The translations under genes and the position numbers were made by a program. DNA of 64,000 nucleotides from Kofleriaceae bacterium. GTDB taxonomy: Bacteria; Myxococcota_A; Polyangia; Haliangiales; Haliangiaceae. The DNA is taken from NCBI GenBank assembly GCA_965215005.1, contig CBDCCZ010000038.1, forward strand, positions 32,001-96,000, given 5' to 3'. This document shows positions 28,471-38,411 of this stretch, piece by piece; within the stretch, counting starts at the first letter, position 1, and every line of letters starts with the position of its first letter. The notes below the pieces were generated by a model, which had not been told where the DNA came from, did not search any database, and worked only from the letters and a program-made list of their open reading frames with translations.

Positions 28471-29353
28471 GAAGCTCGAGGCGCGCTTCGCGGCGCTTGG
28501 TGACGATCCAGGCGATGATGATCGATAGGTTGTAGAGCACCACCAGCGGGCCCGCCATCATCGTCTGCGAGATGACATCGGGCGGTGTGAGAATCGCGGA
28601 AATCACGAACGAGAGCACGATCCACCAGCGGTTGAACTTCCACAGCCCGCGGTGCGTGACCAAACCGATCAGCGACATGAAGAAGATCGCGAGTGGCAGC
28701 TCGAATACCAGCCCGAAGCCGAGCAGCAGCTTGCGCGCGAAGGAGAGATACTCCTGCATCGATAGCAGCGGCAGGAGCGCTACCTGCTCGCCAAGGTCGA
28801 ACTGCTTGCCGAGCGATTTGATCTCCGCCAGGTTGCGCGTTGAGTAGCCGAGCAGGAACTCGAATACCTGCGGTAGTACGAGGAAATAGCAGAACAGAGC
28901 CCCGGCGACGAACGACAGCGCGGAGCACGTAGCGAACAGCACTCCAAACTTGCGCTCCTTCTTGTAGAGGCCGGGCGCGATGAACTTCCAGATTTGATAG
29001 AAGATGAACGGCGAGGCCACGAAAATGCCCGCCCATAGCGCCATCGAGAAGTAGGTCCAAAACGGCTCGACCAGCGAGCCGAAGACCAACTTCGAGTCGC
29101 CGATGGCTGGATTTTCGGCTTTGGCTTCCGCCCACACCTGGGTGAGCGGCTTGAGCATGAACACCAACACCAACTCTTTGAATGAGTAGGCGATCACAAA
29201 GCCGGCAGCGAGCGCAATGACCGCGTTGCGCAGCCGAATCCGCAGCTCGCGGAGATGCTCGACGAACGGCATTCGGCCATCCTCGAGCTCGAGGTCGGGA
29301 CTAGCGACGCTATCGGGGCCGGGGGGCAGCGCGGGAGGAGGTTGGTCAGCCAT
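28460..29353 (-). CDS. tatC: Twin-arginine translocase TatC
   Basis: MPFVEHLRELRIRL, FIAPGLYKKE, FELP, ILTPPD. Confidence 0.95.
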   Translation of the reverse strand: MADQPPPALPPGPDSVASPDLELEDGRMPFVEHLRELRIRLRNAVIALAAGFVIAYSFKELVLVFMLKPLTQVWAEAKAENPAIGDSKLVFGSLVEPFWTYFSMALWAGIFVASPFIFYQIWKFIAPGLYKKERKFGVLFATCSALSFVAGALFCYFLVLPQVFEFLLGYSTRNLAEIKSLGKQFDLGEQVALLPLLSMQEYLSFARKLLLGFGLVFELPLAIFFMSLIGLVTHRGLWKFNRWWIVLSFVISAILTPPDVISQTMMAGPLVVLYNLSIIIAWIVTKRREARLELPTP

Positions 29354-29906
29354 GCGCGTTGCCGGTGCTAGACGGCTCATCCGAGCCGGTGGTGGTGGAT
29401 TCGGCGGCCTCGGCCGCTGGACGCCCGGCGCTTCGAGCCACCGTGGCGCCGGCGGGGCGAATCAGCGGCAGCTCGTCACCGGTCGCAGCCGGCTGCGGCG
29501 TGCTCGAGGCGCCGGTCGCTACAGCCGCTTCGGTGCTGTAGGCGGCGCCTGCGCCTGGCTCGGCGCTGGGGGCCTCGGCGCTGCCAGCAAGCTCTGCCGG
29601 TGGATCGGCTGCCGCAGCGGGACTGATCACGGCGGCCACACCCGGATCCGCCGTGACCTTAGCAGTTGCCGGTGCCCGCGGCGGCCACACCCGGTCATCG
29701 CCGCGCAACGCGCTTTTCAGATCGCGGATGGCGCCGCCAATCTCCGCATCGGCCTCGATGGTGTCCTGCAGCTCTCGGGTCTGGCGCCGGAAGTCGCGAA
29801 TGCCCTTGCTGAGGGACTTGGCGGCTTCCGGCAGCTTGTCGGGTCCCAAAAACAGCAGGGCTACCACCAAGATCATGAGGATCTCGCCCATGCCCAAGCC
29901 GAACAT
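29346..29906 (-). CDS. tatB: Twin-arginine translocase TatB (TatA/B family)
   Basis: MFGLGMGEILMILVVALLFLGPDKLP; immediately upstream of tatC. Confidence 0.88.
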   Translation of the reverse strand: MFGLGMGEILMILVVALLFLGPDKLPEAAKSLSKGIRDFRRQTRELQDTIEADAEIGGAIRDLKSALRGDDRVWPPRAPATAKVTADPGVAAVISPAAAADPPAELAGSAEAPSAEPGAGAAYSTEAAVATGASSTPQPAATGDELPLIRPAGATVARSAGRPAAEAAESTTTGSDEPSSTGNAHG

Positions 29907-29999
29907 ACAGGCGAGCAGCATAGCATGAGCGCGGGGAGCCAAGCCGTCGCGTCGGCTTGGGCATAGGTCCGGCCAAGCGCCACTCGGCCGACGTTCGTT

Positions 30000-32141
30000 C
30001 TAGAACTCGCGAGCGGTGCGGCCGAAGCCCTCGGCGCCGGTGCCAAGGCTCGGCTCCGATCGCTCGAGTGGCGCGGTACCGGGCACGAAATGCAGCTCTA
30101 TTGCGCTGCTCGAGCCGGGCCCAGCGAGCAAGCCGTTATCGCGATCGATCCGCGCGGCCTGCAGCCCCAGCGGCGGAGCCTGTGGAACTTCCCGCGATGG
30201 CCTCTCGGCCTCGCCGAGCTGCACCAGCTGCATCCACAGCGGCAGCGCGGCGTGGGCGCCGTCTTGTTTCCGTCCGAGCCCGCGGCTGGGATCGTCGTAA
30301 CCAACCCAGACGGCGGCGACCACCCGCGCGGTGAAGCCGAGGAACCAGGCATCGGTGTTGTCGTTGGTGGTGCCAGTCTTGCCGGCGGCTGGACGGCCGA
30401 GGGCGCGGGCGGCGGTGGCCGTTCCGCGCCGAACCACGTCACGGAGCATGCTGGCGACTTGAAAGGCAGTGCCAGCGTCGAGAGCCGACATGCCCTCGTT
30501 CAAGGTTGCCAAGCGGTCCAGGCGCCGCGCCGGCGCGAGCTGGGGGTCGAGCGGGGAGGCGCGATCGACGTACGTTCGTCCAGCGCGCTGGACCCGCACC
30601 ACCACCACCGGTTCGAGCTCGATGCCGCCGCGGGCGATGGCCGCGTAGGCGCCAGCGAGCTCTAGGGGCACCACGCACGAGGCTCCAAGCGCCATGGGTC
30701 GAACCTCGGCCAGCTCGGTGGTGATGCCGAGGCGCCGCGCCAGCTCGATGACGCGCGGGGCACCAACGCGATCGAAGACATCGACGGCGGGCGCGTTGAG
30801 AGAAGCGACGAGCGCATCGTGGGCAAGGGCCACGCCGCGGAAGGCGCGACCGCTGTTTGCTGGCTTCCAGAAGACGTCGCGATTCTCGTCATAGGCGGCA
30901 ATCGGCGCATCGCGCAGCAACGTAGCGGGCGTGATGGCATGGGCTGCGAGGGCGGCGGCGTAGACGATGGGTTTGAACGCCGAGCCTGGCTGGCGGCACG
31001 CTTGGCTGGCTCGGTCGAACTGGCTGATTGCCCAGGAGGTGCCGCCGATGAGCGCCTCGAGATAGCCGGTGCGATAGTCCCACAGCAGCGCTCCCACCTG
31101 CGGCGGCGCATGCTCGGCGCGCTTGCCCAGCGTCTGCGACCAACGCGTCGCCGCTTCGGCCGCGGCGACAGCGAGCACCGGCTGGGCGCTGGTCTCGATG
31201 ATCAGGCCCCCGCGGGCAAACGCCGCGGGATACGCACGGGCGACCTCGCGACGAGCGCGCTCGGTGAGCCACGGAGCCACGCCTCCGTAGCGCTGATGTG
31301 GCGGTGTGAGCTCCAGTGGCGCGTCCTTGGCGGCAGCGTGCGCAGCGCTGTCGATGAAACCGGCGCGCAGCATGCGATCGAGCACCTCGCTACGGCGCGC
31401 CAAGGCGGCAGCTCGGTCGCGATAGGGATCGGCGCGGCCTGGGGCCTGCGCCAGGCCGGCGATGAGGGCGGTTTGCGCCAGGTTGAGTTGCGCCAGCGGC
31501 CGTGAGAAGTACGCGCGCGCGGCGGCGGCAACTCCGTAGGCGCCGGCGCCGAGAAACGCCTGATTGACGTAGGTCGTGAAGATGCGCTGCTTGGAGTATC
31601 GCCGCTCGATTCGGCGCGCCAGCAGCGCTTCGCGGACCTTGCGCCGCAAGCTTCGCTCATGACCAATGGCGTCGGGCAGCAAGTTCCGCGCGACTTGCTG
31701 CGTGAGTGTCGAGGCGCCTTCGACGACGCGACCAGCGGCAACATTGGCGCGCGCGGCGCGGACGATGGCGCGCAGGTCGACACCATCGTGAGCAAAAAAT
31801 CGCGCATCCTCGGCGGCTAAGAAAGCGTGCACCAGCATCGGCGGGAGCTCGTCAAAGGCGACAGGAAAGCGATGGCCAACGAGGTCGCCATCGACGAACG
31901 GCAGCTCGGCAAGCACGCTGCCGTCGTGAGCGAGTACCAGGCTGGTGCGCGGCAGTCGTTGGTCCCAGCGATCGAGATCGGGCACGCGAGGTAAGTCGGC
32001 GGCCCAGTCGCGCAGAATCGCGAGCGCAACGGCGGCGGCGACGAGCGGCGCAGTGAGAACCAGCCACAGAACCAACGCCACCGGCACTCGCCACCACAGC
32101 CCACCGGGCCTGCGATTGGCGATGCGCGCGCGAGAGATCAT
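30000..32141 (-). CDS. Class A penicillin-binding protein (PBP1A family)
   Basis: GT51 motifs AEDARF, GASTLTQQ, RKVRE; transpeptidase SAFK, SLN, KTG. Confidence 0.94.
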   Translation of the reverse strand: MISRARIANRRPGGLWWRVPVALVLWLVLTAPLVAAAVALAILRDWAADLPRVPDLDRWDQRLPRTSLVLAHDGSVLAELPFVDGDLVGHRFPVAFDELPPMLVHAFLAAEDARFFAHDGVDLRAIVRAARANVAAGRVVEGASTLTQQVARNLLPDAIGHERSLRRKVREALLARRIERRYSKQRIFTTYVNQAFLGAGAYGVAAAARAYFSRPLAQLNLAQTALIAGLAQAPGRADPYRDRAAALARRSEVLDRMLRAGFIDSAAHAAAKDAPLELTPPHQRYGGVAPWLTERARREVARAYPAAFARGGLIIETSAQPVLAVAAAEAATRWSQTLGKRAEHAPPQVGALLWDYRTGYLEALIGGTSWAISQFDRASQACRQPGSAFKPIVYAAALAAHAITPATLLRDAPIAAYDENRDVFWKPANSGRAFRGVALAHDALVASLNAPAVDVFDRVGAPRVIELARRLGITTELAEVRPMALGASCVVPLELAGAYAAIARGGIELEPVVVVRVQRAGRTYVDRASPLDPQLAPARRLDRLATLNEGMSALDAGTAFQVASMLRDVVRRGTATAARALGRPAAGKTGTTNDNTDAWFLGFTARVVAAVWVGYDDPSRGLGRKQDGAHAALPLWMQLVQLGEAERPSREVPQAPPLGLQAARIDRDNGLLAGPGSSSAIELHFVPGTAPLERSEPSLGTGAEGFGRTAREF

Positions 32142-33184
32142 GAGCCGTGGGCGGCTTCGAAGAGTGGCATCTGCCGCGGCGGCTGCAGCGGCCGAGCCAC
32201 GCGCGACTCGCTCGCAAGCGTTTGTGCAAACGACTCTGCATGGGCGCCGACGGTGTAGATGAGCGCCGCGCCGCTGGCGTCGGCGTAGGCGCCGAGGGCG
32301 GCGTAGTCGGCGCGATTGCTCCAGGCAATGGCGGCATCGGCGCGCGCAGCGGCGACCGCGGCGGGCTCTACCGCGGCGCCTGAGACGAGGACGACGCGGC
32401 TATTCGGTGGCAGCGGCACGGTATCGAGCGCCGCGCGCCTCTGGAGCGGCCACACCACCGCGTGACCGGAAAGCATCGCCGGCGGCGCGGCTCGCTCGAT
32501 TCGACGAACCGCAGGCAGCGACATCAACGGGCGCAGGCGCTGCGCGGCTTGGTGTATGGCGCGATGCGCGGCGATGGCCACGCCGGCTTCGGCGAGCCGC
32601 ACCAGCACGTCGAGTCCTTTGCTGGGCGAGGTCACCAGCAAGACCGCGGCACCGCCAGCGGCCACGATGGCGGCGACTTCGGAGAGGCACGCGGCCACCG
32701 CTTCATCGCGGCTGGGAAACGCAAACGCTGGCATGCCGTAGGTGCTGTCGAGGACGAGGACGTCGCAGCGGCGCAGGTCGCAGTCGCCGCCGAGGCCGCC
32801 GCTGGCGCCGATGGCGGGGGCGTAGAGAATGCGAGTGCCGGCGACGTCCACGGCCAATGAGGCGGCGCCGGGGCCAAGGCCGGAGCGGACCAGCTCGAGC
32901 CGCAACGTGCCTAAAGTAAATGGGCGCGCGCACGGCACCGCAAGCTGCGAGTTGGCGGCGAGCTGCGAGGGAGCGAGCAGCGCCAGGGTCTCTTGCGTGG
33001 CGATGAGCTGGCCGTGGCGGGCGCTATCGATGGCATGTGCGGCCGACACGAAGCAGACATCGCGGGCGCGGCGCGCATCGCACCAGATCGACGTGCCGGC
33101 GATGTGAACGCCGTCGCGCCACATCACCGCGGGCGCATCTTCGGCTGGCGAGCTGGCGGAGCGCATGGCCCTCGACCTTCCCAC
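32138..33184 (-). CDS. Degenerate MBL-fold/beta-CASP-like protein
   Basis: GTSIWCDA, CFVSAAHAID, CDVLVLDSTYG..P.F.FP, WSNRADY; metal-binding His residues missing; start uncertain. Confidence 0.7.
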   Translation of the reverse strand: MGRSRAMRSASSPAEDAPAVMWRDGVHIAGTSIWCDARRARDVCFVSAAHAIDSARHGQLIATQETLALLAPSQLAANSQLAVPCARPFTLGTLRLELVRSGLGPGAASLAVDVAGTRILYAPAIGASGGLGGDCDLRRCDVLVLDSTYGMPAFAFPSRDEAVAACLSEVAAIVAAGGAAVLLVTSPSKGLDVLVRLAEAGVAIAAHRAIHQAAQRLRPLMSLPAVRRIERAAPPAMLSGHAVVWPLQRRAALDTVPLPPNSRVVLVSGAAVEPAAVAAARADAAIAWSNRADYAALGAYADASGAALIYTVGAHAESFAQTLASESRVARPLQPPRQMPLFEAAHGS

Positions 33185-33216
33185 GCTGCGACCGCTGCGG
33201 CAAACGGCTCGCCGCT

Positions 33217-33843
33217 CTAGAGCAGCACGTCGTCGGGGAGGGAGCCGGCGAGAAAGCGCTTTTCGAGCTCGTCGACCACGTTGGCGAGAATCGTCGAGTC
33301 GTCGAAGACGATGCCCATGCCGGGCAGGTCTTCGTCTTCCACGACCACCGTATGCGACACTACCCCGGTTAGCGTGATGGGCTCGCTGTGGCCGGGAATC
33401 TCGAGGACGAGGTGCACGGGCGAGTCCTCGGGGAGCGGCTGCTCGGAGACCACGAACACGCCCTCTTCATTGATATCGCGGGTGTAGGTTTGGTGTGCGG
33501 CGGCGGTGCTGCCGTAGCGGATGGGCAGCCGCAGCGGCAAGCGGCGGCGTTCGCGTAGATTGAGCAGCCCGCCGCGGACGAAGCCGTTGAGGTAGTTGAT
33601 CTTCTCGCGCTCCTCGGGGCCGAGCGCTACGACGAACCCGCTGGGACCGGGACCCTCGCCGCTATGCGAGATGACCGAGCCGCGAAAGATGACGCGTGGG
33701 CCACCGCCCTCGATTGTGAGATCGAGCCGGACGGGCTGGCCAAACGCCGGCGTATCGGCGCTTGCCACGAAGACGGTGCAGTCGCGTGGCTCGAACAATT
33801 TTACCCAGTCGTGCTTTTCCGCGAGTCTCACGTCAATCCGCAT
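33217..33843 (-). CDS. PilZ domain protein
   Basis: RERRR (RxxxR), DINEEGVFV, PGMGIVF. Confidence 0.85.
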   Translation of the reverse strand: MRIDVRLAEKHDWVKLFEPRDCTVFVASADTPAFGQPVRLDLTIEGGGPRVIFRGSVISHSGEGPGPSGFVVALGPEEREKINYLNGFVRGGLLNLRERRRLPLRLPIRYGSTAAAHQTYTRDINEEGVFVVSEQPLPEDSPVHLVLEIPGHSEPITLTGVVSHTVVVEDEDLPGMGIVFDDSTILANVVDELEKRFLAGSLPDDVLL

Positions 33844-33991
33844 GCCGCTTTCCCTCACTGCGCCGCGGCGGAGTGTAACGCGAGGCGTCCGAGCGCGGAA
33901 CTTCTCGACGTTGCGGAGCGTCGTTTGCCGCGATAGCGGGCGCCGCGGCGCCGGAGGCCTTGCACTCGAGACACCGCGGAGGTCGAGCGGC

Positions 33992-35023
33992 TCACGGGAC
34001 GATGCGCACGTGGTAGGTCGTGTTGCGCGCGCCGCGCTTCACCGTCATGCGGAGCTCGCTCGCGTCTATGAGGCGGGCGTAGACACTGGCGGCTTCATTG
34101 AGGCTGGTGATGGGGGTGCCATCCACGGCGGTGACGAGGTCGCCAGCGCGCAGCCCGAGTTGGTGGGGAAGCGAGCCAGGTGCAACCCGAAGGACCTCGA
34201 TGCCCTTGGTACTGAGGTTGACTTCGATGCGCTCGCTGAGGCTTGGGAGGTCTGCGAGCGCGGCGTCGAGCGCAGTGCGGCGAATGGAGACGGACTCCTG
34301 CGGAACTTGCGGTCGTTGGGTGCGATCGCGGGACGTTGCGGCGAGGCGCGGCTCGCGGGAAGGCGCGCCTCGCGACGGGCTCGTGTTAGCAACAGAGGCG
34401 TTCGAGGTAGCGAGGGTCGATGGCGATGGGGGCGCGGAGGGCCTGATCGGCAGCTCGAAGGTGCCGATTAGGTCACGCTCGACGCCTGCGGTGGATGACG
34501 TTCGCGGTGTATTTGAATCAGCGCTAGGGTCGCCCTCGCCAACCTCGAGCTCGGTGATGTTCGGGGACGCCGTTGATGGGCTGGAGATGGGCCCCAGATT
34601 GGCTTCGGGCGCTGCGTAAGGATCGAGTAGTTCTTGGCCCGGCCGCGCGCGCTCCGGCGACAGAGCCGCCGCGGAAGGTGCGACGATAGCGGCTCCTCGC
34701 TGATCAGCGGCCGCAGCGCCCGCTACGCCTTCGCTAACACCGGTCGCCGCCGGCAGCACCCAGCGGACGTCGGCGGCATCGACCAGCACGACGTGATGCG
34801 CTCGTACCTGCAGCACGCGGAACCCCTGAACGACGTCGCCCTCCTGCACCACCCGATACGACTGCTCCTGGCGATCGAACACCAGCGCCTGCGCGGCGTC
34901 GGTCATGACGGCTATCACCCGGGCATCTGGAGCCGGCGCCTGCGGCGATTGCGCTGCAGACGGCCTCGCCAGCGACAGCACCGCCAGCATCATGCTCGAG
35001 CCCCACCACATCTTCGAGCGCAT
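33992..35023 (-). CDS. Exported GspC-like/PDZ domain protein
   Basis: Signal peptide, VQEGDVVQGFRVLQV, LGLRAGDLVTAVDG PDZ; start uncertain. Confidence 0.7.
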   Translation of the reverse strand: MRSKMWWGSSMMLAVLSLARPSAAQSPQAPAPDARVIAVMTDAAQALVFDRQEQSYRVVQEGDVVQGFRVLQVRAHHVVLVDAADVRWVLPAATGVSEGVAGAAAADQRGAAIVAPSAAALSPERARPGQELLDPYAAPEANLGPISSPSTASPNITELEVGEGDPSADSNTPRTSSTAGVERDLIGTFELPIRPSAPPSPSTLATSNASVANTSPSRGAPSREPRLAATSRDRTQRPQVPQESVSIRRTALDAALADLPSLSERIEVNLSTKGIEVLRVAPGSLPHQLGLRAGDLVTAVDGTPITSLNEAASVYARLIDASELRMTVKRGARNTTYHVRIVP

Positions 35024-35260
35024 CACGGCCGCGATGAAATGCAATGCTCGAGCCCATACTCTCGTCACCGCCAAGCCACGACACGCGCTGCTTTTGCGGC
35101 GCTCAACCAAGATAGCGTTACCGGTTGTTCACGGCCGCGCCCGACGCAAATGCCACGCTGCGCACCCCGCCCGCCATCCAAAAGCGCGAGCGGTCTCGGT
35201 TCGAGATCGCGCCCGAAGGTGGCGAGGGCAGAGATCTGGCCACGCCGTCCCGAAACGACG

Positions 35261-35285
35261 AGCAGCCCCGGGGTGAGGGGCTGCT
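35261..35285. terminator. Hairpin downstream of pspA, possible terminator
   Basis: AGCAGCCCC-N7-GGGGCTGCT perfect 9-bp stem; weak U-tract. Confidence 0.35.
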
Positions 35286-35312
35286 TTGGTGAGAGCTGCT
35301 CGGGGAACGGCG

Positions 35313-36206
35313 TTACGCCCCGGCTTTCTCCGCTTGTTTGGCGCCAGCCGTGTCTTTCTTGTCGCCGTCGACGTCGAAATCGGAGAGGTCGAGGTCCTCT
35401 AGCTCTTTCAGGTCCTCTTCGGTAAGAGACGAGGCGGCGTTGCTGGCTCCACCACCGGTGCTGCCAGTGCTAGTCGCAGAGGTCTCGCCGGCAGCGAGCT
35501 GTTTGGCGCTATCGCCGGAGCCGGCTTCTAGGAGGCCCATCTTCGACTTGAGCTCGAGGAGCATGTCATCTTCGCTGTTGCCGCCCGATGCTTCGAGCTG
35601 CAAGAACTTGGACTCGAGCGTGTCGCCCGAGAGCTCGCCCGCGAGCTCAGCGCCGGCTTCCGCTTCGGCCTCGAGAAGATTGATCCGCTCGGCCATGCGG
35701 TCGAAGGTGTCGAACGCGCTGGTGTCGCCGAGCCCTTGCATGGTTGCCGCGATCTGCTGCTGGGCCTCTGCGCGCTTCTTGCGGGCGATGAGGATGTTCT
35801 TCTTGCGCTTGGCTTCTTCGATCTTCTGATTGAGAAGACGGAGCGCGTCTTTGAGCTTATCGACCGCGGCCTTCTGCGAGATCCACTGCTGCTGAAACTG
35901 TTGCGCGATGCTTTCGTGCTCTTGCTTGCGCATGAGCGCCTGGCGCGCCAAGCCATCATCGCCAGCGCGCACCGCGACCATCGCTTTGCGTTCCCACTCT
36001 TTGGATTTATCGCCTTCGGCGTTGAACTGCTTTTGCAGCTTCTTCTCATCGGCGATGGCCACCGCCACTGCCTTCTTCGCGTCAACCAGTTGCTGCTGCA
36101 TGTCCACCAGCACTTGGTTGAGCATCTTTTCGGGATCCTCGGCCTTCGAGATGAGGTCGTTGATGTTGGATTTTATGAGAGTTCCCAGTCTCGCGAAGAT
36201 GCCCAT
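35313..36206 (-). CDS. pspA: PspA/IM30 family protein
   Basis: MGIFARL...AEDPEKML, long coiled coil, FDRMAERI. Confidence 0.93.
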   Translation of the reverse strand: MGIFARLGTLIKSNINDLISKAEDPEKMLNQVLVDMQQQLVDAKKAVAVAIADEKKLQKQFNAEGDKSKEWERKAMVAVRAGDDGLARQALMRKQEHESIAQQFQQQWISQKAAVDKLKDALRLLNQKIEEAKRKKNILIARKKRAEAQQQIAATMQGLGDTSAFDTFDRMAERINLLEAEAEAGAELAGELSGDTLESKFLQLEASGGNSEDDMLLELKSKMGLLEAGSGDSAKQLAAGETSATSTGSTGGGASNAASSLTEEDLKELEDLDLSDFDVDGDKKDTAGAKQAEKAGA

Positions 36207-36301
36207 GTCCGTCCTATAAGTGGTGGATTGGTCGAAAGAAAGCCTACGGGATCAGACCCCGTGTTGCAACGCCAAGCACTGCGTGATATGCGCCTCGTTC
36301 C

Positions 36302-37063
36302 ATGATCGACCCGGCTGCGCCCGGTGGCGCTTCCCGTCCTTTGCCGCGCCACATCGGCATCATAATGGACGGCAACGGACGCTGGGCCGAGCGGCGCGGT
36401 CTACCCCGCATCGAGGGCCATCGCGTCGGCGCCGAGTCAGTCAAAGACATCGTCCGCGCGTGTCGGCAGCTCGGCGTCGAGACGCTCACGCTGTACGCGT
36501 TTTCGTCGCAGAACTGGGCCCGTCCTGCCGACGAGATTGCGGCGCTGATGCAGCTCTTGCGCGATTACCTCATCGAAGAGCGTGATGAGCTGATTGACAA
36601 CGAGATCCGCTTGCGCGCCATTGGCGACGTCGAGCGGTTGCCGCCGCTGGTCAAGGCACCGCTCGATGCGCTCGCTCGCGACACCGCGGGCAATGCGAAG
36701 ATGACGCTGGTGTTGGCACTTTCTTATGGTGGACGCGAGTCGATTGCGCGCGCGGCCGCGGCCGCCGCCGCCGCCGCGCGTGCCGGGCAGCTCGAGCCCG
36801 AGCAGCTCGATGCCAACGCTTTCGCCGCCTTTCTGCCGACCTTCGAGCTGCCGCCGCTGGATTTGCTCATTCGCACCAGCGGCGAGCAACGCATCTCCAA
36901 CTTCATGCTGTGGGAGCTGGCCTACGCCGAGCTCGTGTTCGTGGATACGATGTGGCCAGATTTTCGCCGGCAGCAGCTGTTTGCAGCGCTCGAGACCTTT
37001 GGAGTGCGCGAGCGCCGCTTTGGTCTCACCGGAACGCAGGTCGCAGGAAAGGATTTGCAGTAA
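36302..37063 (+). CDS. uppS: Undecaprenyl diphosphate synthase
   Basis: HIGIIMDGNGRWA, YAFSSQNW, SYGGR, IRTSGEQRISNF. Confidence 0.96.
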   Translation: MIDPAAPGGASRPLPRHIGIIMDGNGRWAERRGLPRIEGHRVGAESVKDIVRACRQLGVETLTLYAFSSQNWARPADEIAALMQLLRDYLIEERDELIDNEIRLRAIGDVERLPPLVKAPLDALARDTAGNAKMTLVLALSYGGRESIARAAAAAAAAARAGQLEPEQLDANAFAAFLPTFELPPLDLLIRTSGEQRISNFMLWELAYAELVFVDTMWPDFRRQQLFAALETFGVRERRFGLTGTQVAGKDLQ

Positions 37064-37939
37064 GTGGCTCTTGGAAACCTCGCGTCCCGCATCCTAGTTG
37101 CCGTCGTTGCCGTTCCCATCCTGCTCGTCGCCATCTACCACAGTCGCCCCGAAATCATCTGGGCCGTCGTCTTCGGCGCGACGCTGCTGGCCCTCTACGA
37201 GCTGTTTTCGATGACTCTCACCGATCGCGTCGATCGAGTGGCGAGCCTGGCATGCGGCGCTGCTGCGTCGCTATCGCTGTATTGGTTGCGACCACCGCAG
37301 CTCGGAGATGCCGCGTGGGGCATCGACCTGGTGGGTGGCCCCATGGTGGCCATGTTCCTCGCGGTCATTCCCATCTCGCTCTACTACTTGTTTCGCTTTG
37401 GCGAGCTCGTTAGCGTGGGCGCCCGTTTTGCGCAGTCGCTCAGCGGCATTGTCTACGTCGGGGTGCTGTTCACGTTCGTGGCGCTGCTCAAGCGCGATTT
37501 CGCGACTTCTTCTGGTCATCTCGGTGGTGACCTCATCGTCTTCGTGCTGATGGTTTCGTGGGTCGGCGATACTGGCGCGTACTTTGCGGGTCGCTTCCTC
37601 GGTCGGCGCAAGCTCTATCCCGCCGTGAGCCCGAAGAAGACCTGGGCCGGCGCACTCGGCGGCGTTGCTGCCTCGGCGCTAGCTGGCGCGGCCGTCAAGC
37701 TGGTGCTCATCGGCGACTCGCCGCTGTTTACATGGTTCGACTGCTTCGCCATCGCAGTGCCGGGGGCAATCCTCGGTCAGCTCGGCGACCTCGTGGAGTC
37801 GCTCATCAAACGGTCGACCGGAGTCAAGGACTCGGGCAACATCTTGCCGGGGCATGGAGGAATTCTCGACCGCATCGATGCAGTCATCTTCCTAGCGCCC
37901 TATGTCTATCTCTATATGGTGATTCGTCCCCAGGTGTGA
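37064..37939 (+). CDS. cdsA: Phosphatidate cytidylyltransferase
   Basis: DTGAYFAG, SPKKTW, GDLVESLIKR..GVKDSG..LPGHGGILDRID; follows uppS. Confidence 0.95.
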   Translation: MALGNLASRILVAVVAVPILLVAIYHSRPEIIWAVVFGATLLALYELFSMTLTDRVDRVASLACGAAASLSLYWLRPPQLGDAAWGIDLVGGPMVAMFLAVIPISLYYLFRFGELVSVGARFAQSLSGIVYVGVLFTFVALLKRDFATSSGHLGGDLIVFVLMVSWVGDTGAYFAGRFLGRRKLYPAVSPKKTWAGALGGVAASALAGAAVKLVLIGDSPLFTWFDCFAIAVPGAILGQLGDLVESLIKRSTGVKDSGNILPGHGGILDRIDAVIFLAPYVYLYMVIRPQV

Positions 37940-38058
37940 GCCACCTGGCGGTGGTGAAACCGGAAGAATTTTTTGCTGCAAAAGCGCTTGGCGAGTCGCG
38001 GACGCTGGTGCAGTGTCAGGGGCGAAACGCACCCCTTTACGCCGATAGGAGTCGTCAG

Positions 38059-38355
38059 ATGGTATCCAAGGAGGTTGTCGAGATTGTCGAGCACTTCTTC
38101 TCCGACCTAGCGGACGAAGACGATTTTCTTACTGCCGATGGCGATCTCGCGTTCAACCTTATCGACATTGAGGTCGAGGACGATGACGTCCAGCTCCTGC
38201 TCGAGCCAGCGTCGAGCTGGGAGGGCAGCCTCGATGAGCTTCGCGATCTCGCAAAAGACGCGCTCGCCTTGCTAGTGGAGAACAAAGAAGAGTTGGCCGA
38301 TGCCAACATCACGCTTCGCTGGCAGCTCGACGATTGGGAAGACGACGAGGACTGA
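38059..38355 (+). CDS. Small, highly acidic hypothetical protein (98 aa)
   Basis: AGGAG RBS ahead of the ATG at 38059; very D/E-rich. Confidence 0.7.
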   Translation: MVSKEVVEIVEHFFSDLADEDDFLTADGDLAFNLIDIEVEDDDVQLLLEPASSWEGSLDELRDLAKDALALLVENKEELADANITLRWQLDDWEDDED

Positions 38356-38411
38356 GTTCAGGCTGAGGAACCCACGAGCGCTCAGGAAAGAGCGCCCGTG
38401 GGACATCGGCT

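Noticed and set aside
36207..36301. Sigma54 promoter upstream of pspA
   Set aside because: TGGC is present but there is no correctly spaced -12 GC
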